A DNA stretch of 44,137 bases from Macrostomum lignano (lineage: Eukaryota), in NCBI GenBank assembly GCA_002269645.1, contig NIVC01004496.1, forward strand, positions 1 through 44,137. The letters are read 5' to 3'. The position numbers and the translations under genes are program-made. The notes under the pieces were generated by a model. The model did no database searches. It saw only the letters and a program-made list of their open reading frames with translations, and was not told where the DNA came from. Positions 34,606 through 44,137 of this stretch are shown here, piece after piece (position 1 is the stretch's first letter; every line of letters begins with the position of its first letter).

Positions 34606-37600
34606 TGCAATGCTCTTTGGTTTATATATTGTTTGTTGGCACATTCATCCGACATAGTTTTAATATTGTTGTTGGTTTCGATAAACGTGGATCAACTAAT
34701 CAATCAAGTTTCTTGAGCCACGAGTCGGTCCTGCTCGGAGGTCTCACACAGTATGAGCACCCGCTCGGGCACTGATCTGCATTACGCACAATTTCTTTTT
34801 TTACCTTTCAGGGGCACAAAATTGTCTCAAAATCTATATTGTTTTGTTTGCATGTATCGACAAAATGTTTTTAGTAATTTTTTTAATTATGTCGGCTTCG
34901 TGCTTGTTTGCTTTTGTACTGTGTTATTGTATTATCATTATTATTTGTATTACTGTATTAGTTATGAACTTTCAGTTTTTCTCAAAAAAACTGCAAAATT
35001 CTGCAATAATTTTTTGTTTTTACTTGTAGCAGGTTCTACCTGAAGCTTTTTAAATTTATTTATTTAATATCGTTTGCAGGGCACTTTCATTTAATTAGAT
35101 AGTACAGCTAGTTTGTTTTGCATCTGCATGATGTGTTACCTCACTATTTCGGATAGATCGAATGAATTAAATTTGAGAAGACCCTAGGGGACCTTAGCTA
35201 TAGGAACTTTTTGCGTATCTAAGCGATGCACATTTATCGGGACGGCATATAATGTACAAGACATAAGCTTAACAGGCTCTTGCAAAAACTTGCAATAAAA
35301 TGAAGGGAGGCAGACAGTTCGTACGAAATAGCAGCAGTCATTTACGAGAGGGTATGAACCAATAGAAATCTGGATGGGAGAGAGAAACAGACCAGGCTAT
35401 TGAATTGAGTGTACGGAGGGTTAACCCACGTTTCTGAATGAAGCCGCCCTAAAGCTAAAAATGTATTATCTAAGAATGTACATTGACTAAGTACATCTAA
35501 GGGTTTGGTTGGCTGGGGGTAGGGCGTTTGTCCAATTTATCGATCCACTCAAGGCTTTTGCCTAACCCCTATTTTTTATCGCTCTCGTGCCACAAACAGT
35601 CAACGACCCAACCACCCCACCTCCCTTAGTTTTATTTATTTAAAGAAGGCATCGTCTCAATGACTGAGCATTTTTGCTTAGACTTTTAGAGAGAAAGTAT
35701 ATGGAAGCTTGTGAGTTGTGACAGTGTCAGATGAAACCATTCATATATTTGCCCAAATCCCTTACGGCGCGGCCGACACAACATGCAAATTGCATACAGA
35801 AATTGATATTAGTTATTAGTATTAACATTCAGGACTTGCTCCGGTACGTGTATTACTGTATTACCCATGTTTTTGAAAAACTTTTAAGCAAACTCGCTGC
35901 TGATCAAGATGCCACGACGGGTAACGGCACTTTGGCGTGCTCGTAGTTCCTACATACGTTACTGCAACTAGCATTAAAGACATTGCTTAACTTGAGTGCC
36001 GCGTGACAGCGCGAATAGGGGGAGAGCTGTTGCTGAGTGTATTACAATGTGTGCCAAGAGTCCTAATTAGTTTTAAGGCAAGTGTCTCATACATAGGTCA
36101 AGTTTGCCAAGATGGCATATTCTAATTCATGTTAATCGTTTTTTACCTATTTCAGCGTTTTGGAATACGATTCGTTAAACAATTCTACTCTAGTAGATCA
36201 TTAAAATATTATCTAAAGATATTATGTACGCAGCAAAATTGAAATAAAAGGTTCGATGCTGCTACTGCAATCGTTGTGATGTCCAACATCCCTACATAGT
36301 GTGTACTATATATGAAGCATTTACAAATCAGGATAAAGAGTAGAGTAATATTAGAGTAGACTCCGCTCCGGACAGTTAAGTAGAGCCCTCTCGCCTCAAA
36401 AAGGGATAACTTCTCAAGTTTCAATCACGAATGATGTAACCTGCGGATTGCGCAGAGTGTCTCTTTATATAGAATCATGGCTTCTATTTTATTTCTTCCT
36501 GCGAGAGATTGTTCTGATTCTCCCATTGACTATACATGTATCGTGTAACCTTCCCATAAAGCCTTCGTATTCAGCAGACGCCACGGCTTTAAATTAAATA
36601 AAAATATTGACTGTAATTTTGTCTAAGAATAAAAGCCAAGACCTCCAGCGTAAAAGAAAAATATATATATTTCTAGCTTCAAAACAGGTTCGACTGGCTA
36701 GCATTTGTTTTTAGTTTTTGGCCTAAACCGAAAAGTCCACCACTTACAAGAGTGTTTTCATCTCATTTCGATTTGACATCGGAAAGCATAAAACGAATGC
36801 TTCAAGCTAGCTCAACTAGAATAGAATAATAAAATTTTGCGAGGAATCTGCTTCAACTGAGGTAACTATAACAACTGAGCTAACGAGAAACGAGTGGACT
36901 CTTCGCTGAAAATTTCACGATGCAACTGCAATCGAGTGCTCCAACGTGGCAGGATTTCACAGCCGTGTCTGAACTCTTAGCCCGACTTCTGGTCTTGCCC
37001 TAATTTGTAATGCAACTAAACAAATTTAATGGTAAGTAAGACTAATATTTGCTGAAATTGACGCCACTAATGGTTAAAGCGGATACTTTTTCTTTTTTTA
37101 GGATGCATGCTTCCACAGGTCCAGCTGGATTGTACAGCACGTCTGGGCGGCTTCTCCTGCGCCGGTTTCGGAGGTTCTTATTAAAAGTATTTGATTACTG
37201 AACAAGCTTCAAACCGAAAATCTGGATCCGGATTTCGGAACTTAGCGCTTTTTTGTTTACTGCTGAGCTGATAAGATATTGCCATGTACGAATTCCAATT
37301 CTCCCTTTCCACTCCCCGACTCGCTCAGGTCAGAAAACCGCGCAGGACTTCAGACCAGGTATTAAACCACACAAAGAACCACTTGAACAAATATTGTTGA
37401 GATGAGATCGCCTTATTGAGCCAGAACGACAATAAGGCCAAAGCGTTGGCGCCGAGTTGTTACTTTGAAGTCCAAACCATCTGTCTGTGGCCCAGACTTG
37501 TCAGTTTCTGCACACAGTTCTGTCAGTAAGCTTATTGATAAGATACGCTCATCATGCGTGCACTTTCAAAGCCATAAAGTGCGCAGTATTCGGCTGCAGC

Positions 37601-39056
37601 GGTGCACTGCAAAATGCTTTTGTGTCTAATGTCAGGTTTGCTTGTTTCTCGGTCGAGTTTCAGTAATTTGAGCGTTGTCTATGGCCTAAGCCTATCTATG
37701 TTTTGTAGGATTTCCCCTTTGATGTCTGTTTTTAACTTGACGTGAATAGAAAAGGAAGCTAGGAATTTAAGAAGATAAAATTGGGGCAGGCCACAGGACC
37801 TTCTTTACCTCAATCCTCGAGGGTAGTCTATATCCTTGAACCGTGGGTTATCCACCCTTATCAGTGCCAAGGGACCGTAGGGTCTGCGTTCGGCTTATTT
37901 TATACCCTATACGCATCTGTCCAGAGAAAGATTGAGTCATCACTATTTCCGTTCTTTCCCCCACGGGCTTTTTTGTATATAAAATTCTGGTCTGGTAGAA
38001 GTTAAAAGAAGCGATTTTGGCATAGTCTGTCCTAACAATGGAGTCTAGACAGGACACTACATGCTTGTCGAATTATGGTTGGTTGAAGGATCATGACAAA
38101 TGTGCATTGCTTGCTCGTATACCACTCACCTCCATATAGTTGATTCGTGCTTTGGGGTCCTTCCCCCCCCCCCCCCCTGTACCGAAACCCCTCATTCTCC
38201 CCATAGTTAAACAACCCGCATTCTGATTCACCTAGAGACCCGAATCATTTGAACATTAGCGGCTGTTTTCCAATTTGGTGTCGGTAATAGCACGTAAGAG
38301 TTCACTATTTTCTGCGAGTTTGTTATTCGTTGTATTTGCTATACTTTATATTTAGCTTCATAACTTTGAACTGCAAAATCTAATTTGACTAAATCCGAAT
38401 TAAATTTTGCTTGTATCAATTCTGACTGCTTGCAATTTTGTCTATTCGAACGGGCCACTATTTCAATTGAAGCCGCAACTATACGACTGGAAAACGCGCT
38501 TTAAGTGCACATGGGACATCCTGAAGAAAGAACAAGTCAATTGTTGTTCGTCTTATCCGTACTACTGCTATTGTGAAAATATTTAATTCAACTCTGTTTT
38601 TGCCTTAAACCGCGCGCTACCTCACTTTCTATCGGTATCCGGATGCTCTTGAGTTTAAGAGCATTTGAATTTGATAATACGAGAGTGTGAGACTGACTGC
38701 AATGCAGCTTCTTGACATTCTTATTGATAAATCAACAAGTCTACTACTTTTTATGGATTGATTCTTACTGTGAATCATTCTTTACTCAGGTGGCTTACTC
38801 AATGCAATGTAAAAAGGAAAAGTTATCCCTAAGCTTGTGATTAGCTTAAAAATTTTTTTAGTTTAAGTCATCTTTGCTTAATCTTTGCTTGCTGTATTGT
38901 TCTATTCGGTGTAAGTGTTTTAGTGTTTGTCAGACAACATAAATTATTGATTTATTGATTATTTCGTTTTGTCTTGCTCGCGAATTTTTTTCTAATCTTT
39001 TTCTAGGTTATAATATATTTCAGGATGCAAGATAATCTGTGTAGGTTATTGGAGTA

Positions 39057-42000
39057 ATGAATTCACCCTTAATGCCGCCGTTTAAACCTCGCTGTTCAAA
39101 CTCGCAATTCCAGGCGTTGAGGCACTGTCAAACGCCTTCATTATCGCTGTCGGAGAGAAGCTCCGGGCCAAAAGACAATAATAACATTGCCAACTGCAGC
39201 AACAATAATAATATTGGCTCGGCTTCTCCAATTAAAAAGAAGAAGAAAAAGGTCACCACCGCCGCTGCGTCTGGAGGCCTCAATCAGACAGCCGATTCCA
39301 TGGCTTCGGGTTCGGCCGGCAGGTTTCATCCAAATGTTGTTAACGAGCGCTACGTTGGCACAGAGGCTTTGAAACAGATCCGGGTGCCCAAAGTGGCGCA
39401 TAGCTCCAAGGGTGACTAAGCTAATAACCAATTTAGCCTTAGTAAATAGCTTTTTCAGGCTGTAGACTACTTACCTTTCTTCTTTCTATTTGCAGAATTT
39501 CTGCGCAGCGTTGACCTAAATTCCAACGAGTACAAGCACGACATTAACTGCATCATATCGCGCGGCTTCTTAAATAAGGAATTAAGAAGCAAATTTTCCC
39601 CGTCAAAAGTATTTGCTATCGGCAACAAGAGCCTCGGTGATAAGGTAAAAATAAGCAGTTTATAGAAATGCGCTTAGCTGGTTGCTGCTACTAGTAGTAC
39701 TATATCGAATTCTAGTGCACAAAAATAACCAAATTGAGTAATTCTGTTGTCACAGTTCGCCACCAAGAAGGCGGAGATCCAGGCCGCCATTGCCGAAGAA
39801 AACGCCAGCAATCTGGCCGCCCTGGCTGGCTCCGTCAAGCTGGATGAGCGGTACGGTTTCGTCTACCTGGCGCCCGTGCCGGACGTAATGGATCGATTGC
39901 GCGGCATTGCTGAGAACGGCATCCGCCGCGGCAACCTGCCAGACTCTACTCTGGCCATCGCTCTACCGGCGTCTCCCTGGGCCGGTACGTCGATCGGATC
40001 TCACCGAAGTTCGGCCTGCCAAAGACTGGCTGGCTGGTCATCTGTCGCTACGTTCGCGGCCGCGTCTGCTACTGGACCGAGGGCGACAGCGTTGTGGAGC
40101 CACAGCCAATGTACGACTGTCACGAGAGCGTTCGTCAGACGCTTACAGACGATGAATTGATTAATAGAAAAGCTGCAAGCATAATTGAAGCCGGATTTCA
40201 TAGCAGCCAGGTGTTCCTATTTGAGTACGGACCCGACCTGGAATTGATGGACCATCCCAGGCACGTGCTGCCTGTGGCTGCTGTTCAATTCAAGTTCGAT
40301 GGCTTGGTAAGCATTTTGGCCTGGAATTTGAACCAGGCTCTGAAGCTGTCCACTAATAGAGTCTCCCTGTTGAGACCTTTCCAGTGTCGCGTTTATGGGA
40401 CATTTCCTGCTCCCTAATTTGCTCACCAGCAAACGCAGACTTGCCTCTTGAATCTAGGCCATTCGTCATCAACAGTGAAGCTGTGATGCTTGAGTTCGAG
40501 CTCAGCGCACGCCCTGTAGGAAACTTTTCTCTGCTTACGATATTTGTGTTTATTAATTTGCATCTTGAGCATCTGTCATTTATTGAGAACTAGGTATCTT
40601 TAATAAGTTAATTTTTTGCATCGCTTTTAATAGATTTACGGATAGATTACTAGTAGATTACTGATTAGAATAGGCAACCTTCGCATACAAAGCATATTCT
40701 GAGACATCGAATAGTTTATCCCAAATCCCGTGCACCAGATCAGGGACCAGTGCTTCAAGCGGAAGACCCAGCCGACACTCGACCGCAAGCAGCCAAAGCA
40801 ACAACAACAGGAGACGCAGGCGCAGCAGGTTCAACAACAAATGCAGCAGGATCAGAAGGATGAAGCTGAGACGCTGGAGCATGCGCCTAAACCTGAGCAG
40901 AAGCAGCAGGAAAATGCAAAGTGCTCTGCAGCATCAGCTGAAGCCGTGTCCTCCTCCGCCGAATCTTCCACTGAGTCGAGCCCGATTCGTAGCCGAAGTC
41001 AACGACGGCCGCGGCCCGTGTGCCCCGATCGGCAAGATTGGGTGAAGAAATTCAACGACGGCGCCTACCTTGTTGGCGAAGTCCTGCTGCCCCTGCTGCC
41101 AGCGGGACCCAGCCTGAAGCTCGGCCTGGTCTCGCTTGAGAAAACGCCCTCCGTGCTGCCATTTCTGCAGCTCGGCTCGCTGCCGTCGGCCACCCCCTGC
41201 CGCGTTGTCGACTCGGCCGATCTGGAGGCCCGCCTGGCCAACTGTGGCGTCTCCCTGACCGAGGAGAAGCCCGTCTGCCGCCTGGCCGACTCCAGCGCCG
41301 GCTACGTCAGCTACCTGGCCGGACTGTTCGACCCGTCTAACGCCGCCCGGGCCCGGACACTCTGCGAGATGCTGATCACCAAGGACTGCCTGCTGCTGGC
41401 GCCCATGACCGAATCGGCTGACGGCGCCGGCGCGCTCTGCTATTTGGTGCCGTCGCAGTCGGCGCTATCTAAGCGGCTTCAACTAGACAGCGCTACCCTG
41501 CTGGGCCGCACGAAGAATCTGATTCACGTGCTGATCTGGCTGCCCATTCCCCGGCGCCAGTTGCTCTGCCAAGGCTCGACCGACCCGGGCGCGCAGTGGG
41601 CGCCAGTCTGCCGTTCAACCGTTCGATGCTACAATCTGCAGGACTGTTTCAGCGGCCTGGCCGACCGGATGAAACAGGCGGCCGAGGCTATCGGCAAGCA
41701 GCGTATTGAGGCCGCCGCTAAGGCCGCCCAGGAGCAGGCCAAGCAGCTGGAGAGTCGGGATCCCAGGGTGCGCTTGGCGGCGGCCAGGTCGGGCGCTAAA
41801 CCCGTTTCTGCCGCACCTGTGTCTGCTCCACGGGGGTCTGCCGCACCTGTGTCTGCTCCACAGGGGTCTGCCGCACCTGTGTCTGCTCCACAGGGGTCTG
41901 CCGCACCTGTGTCTGCTCCACCTGTGTCTACTCCACTGGTGTCCGCCGCACCTGAGTCTGCTTCATCGGTGTTTGCCACGCCTGTGTCATTGCTACGGGA

Positions 42001-43126
42001 TTCTGCCACACCTGTGCCACCAGATCCACAGGTATCGGCTGTATCGGCTGTACCTGTGCTAGATCCACAGGAATCAGCTGTACCTGTTCTAGATCCACAG
42101 GTATCGGCTGTACCTGTTCTAGATCCACAGGTATCAGCTGCACCTGTTCCAGATCCACAGGTATCAGCTGGACCTGTGCCAGATCCACAGGTATCAGCTG
42201 CACCTGTTCCAGATCCACAGGTTTCAGACTCGCTGATCGCAGCATCTACAGAAACACCGGTGCCTGTCACATCGAAATCCGTTCACCAGTACCTGCCGCT
42301 CAGAATAAATCTGGGAAACCGGTGCCTGCAGTCATTCCTGGTATCAGCAGCCATAATAGCGGCAGTAGGGCTGCTGCTAGCGACAGGTAAGTCTGTAATC
42401 GCATTTTGTATTTCGCATTTGCATGCATCATAGAGGCAGTGAATTTTAGTACAATTCAACCTGTTTGAATCGCGCAGGCCGAGCCGCAGTCAGGACAGGT
42501 ATCGCAGCAGCGACCGAGGCAGCAACTATCGCAGAAACGACAGCCACTATAGAAGAAGCAGTCGTAGTCGTCGGATCAGTAGCAGCAGCAGCAATAGCAG
42601 TAGCAGCAGTAATCGTAAAATCAGCAGCGCCATAGAAAAAGCAGCGACAGCAGAAGCCGTCGCAAAAGCAGCACCAGTGATAGAAGACGCAGCAATAGTC
42701 GCAGCCGAAGCAGCAATCGCAAGGCGCAGCCGAAGCCGTGAGCGTCGCCATAGAGCGCGCAAAGAGCAGAAAAAACCTGACTGTCCTGCGGAGCCTATCG
42801 CCGATTACCAGCCCGACTTCGCCTATCCTGCCGCCGCGCCGCCCTCTCTAAAGCGACGTCTCACAATGGAGGAGTCGCTCCGCCTGTGGGACGCCGAGGA
42901 GACGGCTGTTGCGGCCGATGTTTTCAATAAATTCAACTTCTTTCTGGCCAAGCGGCGCCGGACAAGCCAACAAGCTGATCAACCGTCGGACTCTTCAGCC
43001 GCCGAGGCCAGCGCGAACGGCGAAGCCTCCGACGCCGCCCCCGCCGCTGCCCCAGAAACTCCCAAGGCTTATTGGACTCTGCTTACTAAGCCAGAGTTTC
43101 TATCTTTTGTAAAGAATTCCTTTTAA
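39057..43126 (+). CDS. TASOR: TASOR-like protein (DUF3715 pseudo-PARP + SPOC-like domain + Pro-rich repeats + RS-rich tail), ~1,100 aa. Exons 39057-39411, 39496-39644, 39756-40306, ~40715-42386, 42478-43126.
   Basis: STLGHRSTGVSLGRYVD, EPQPMYDCHES and SQVFLFEYGPDLELMDHPRHVLPVAAVQF match recalled human TASOR ILGSPSMGVYLSRYAD, DPTPKHECHVS and TQYYFYEYGFDELRRRPRHVCPYAVVSF. Splice phases 1, 0, 0, 2 are consistent after -1 corrections at ~39953 and ~42284. The exon 4 acceptor is uncertain. Confidence 0.85.
39496..40306 (+). other. TASOR: DUF3715 / PARP-like domain coding region
   Basis: Motifs as above; PARP catalytic H-Y-E positions appear to be replaced (YGFVY, GVSLG, QVFLF). Confidence 0.85.
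41030..41560 (+). other. TASOR: Putative SPOC domain coding region
   Basis: Follows the pseudo-PARP domain as in TASOR; pattern WV..GAYLVGEV..LPF..LP..YLAGLF..LCEMLITKDCLLL..LCYLVPS..HVLIW. Confidence 0.55.
41808..42228 (+). repeat. Two blocks of 30-bp coding repeats (AAPVSAPQGS x~4; VPVLDPQVSA x~6)
   Basis: Visible in ORF 40730-42433. Confidence 0.9.
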
Positions 43127-43130
43127 TAAA
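43125..43130 (+). promoter_or_regulatory. AATAAA overlapping the stop codon of the TASOR-like gene
   Basis: TTT TAA TAAAG. Confidence 0.4.
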
Positions 43131-43493
43131 GCGAGGAACTTCTGTGATATATTGCCAAATAGATGAAGGGGACATGAAACTGCTGTCTTAGAAAAACTAA
43201 ACCGACACAGCATACTTTGCATTCAGTTCAATAATTATTGCCGTTGAAAATAACGTTAAATAACGTCACTTACGAGCCAACAATACAGCGAAGATCAGAC
43301 AACAGGAGATGCTCAATCAAGCGGATAATTCCATTGAGAATCAAGAATGCTTGCTTGGAAATTTCCTACTTGATTGTCTTTTTCAACCAGAGAGCAGAGC
43401 CTTCACTTGTCGTCTGTGGTAGAAAGCAGCTTGGAATTGCGAGACTGGCTTTATTGTCTATGGCCCGAGTGGCTGTGGCTGCAGGGAAGCAAT

Positions 43494-43686
43494 GGGCCGT
43501 ATGCAGAAAGCTTAGTCCAGACTAGCTAGTCCGGACTTGGGTAGTTAAGTCTATAGTCTATGGTCCAGCTACCCTAGTTCTGCTATAGTAGACCGGTCTA
43601 ACTTTGTGTTTCTGCATACCAAATCCAAGTCCAGACTAGCTTTTCAAGACCGGACTACCCTAGACAGAGCTTTCTGCATACGGCCC
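43494..43686. mobile_element. 193-bp MITE-like element with perfect 19-bp TIRs
   Basis: GGGCCGTATGCAGAAAGCT ... AGCTTTCTGCATACGGCCC; no clean TSD. Confidence 0.7.
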
Positions 43687-44137
43687 TTTATCAGTTATTT
43701 GGTGCAAGTACTGGCACAAATGAGCCAGCTAAGGCCATAGACTGTCTTGTCCCTTCCATCTATTGGTGATATATCAGAGGGAATGCGCTCTAACAACGCA
43801 ACAATTTACTATGCCTTAACGTCTCGATTACCCCATCTGTCCTCGTCTGTCTATCGAACCTGAAGCTGATCCAAAGCGTGACTAAGACTATTCGTCACTC
43901 ACAGAGATATCGGCAGCTTTTAAATTGCTTCCATAACCAACAGAAAACAGTAAATTTTTTGCCAGGTTTTGCTTTTCGGCCAACTCGCAACTGTTCTCAA
44001 ATTGTTTTGTTTGTAACGAAGTTGTATTATTTTTTTAAATCCAGTTGATTAGTGTGTTTTATTTGCCTCAGTAAATTCAGGTAGGCACCGCAAATCAATG
44101 GACGGGACGGTTGGTTATTGCTTGGAGCTCATTGCGT

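Noticed and set aside
40430-40515. Extra small exon in the TASOR-like gene
   Set aside because: Its acceptor phase does not match the phase-0 donor at 40306; unresolved without RNA data.
43238-43525. 95-aa ORF after the TASOR-like gene
   Set aside because: Non-ATG start, no motif, and it runs into a MITE.

Overview
Eukaryotic, intron-containing animal DNA. GC-rich exons, AT-rich spacers and minisatellite-filled introns suggest a free-living flatworm such as Macrostomum (an impression, not verified). Five protein-coding genes are supported: (1) the 3' part of a sacsin (SACS)-like gene at ~1235-9727, broken by ~12 single-base frame shifts and carrying a J-like domain without HPD; (2) an intronless SLC22 transporter at 21188-22909 (-); (3) a 3-exon ~448-aa orphan gene at 23760-29127 whose two introns are almost all minisatellite, so the 728-aa repeat ORF is intronic; (4) a spliced low-complexity protein at ~31093-33753 ending in an EEGEI ARS2-binding-type motif; (5) a TASOR/DUF3715 pseudo-PARP + SPOC-like gene at 39057-43126 with an Arg/Ser-rich tail. 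Region 13.9-21 kb is nested mobile DNA: a probable 3.4-kb non-autonomous Helitron holding 24-bp and ~35-bp arrays, three MITEs with exact 8-bp TSDs, a decayed Penelope-like element and a foldback-type inverted repeat. The TASOR-like gene is the most interesting candidate. All homology calls come from recalled motifs, not database searches.
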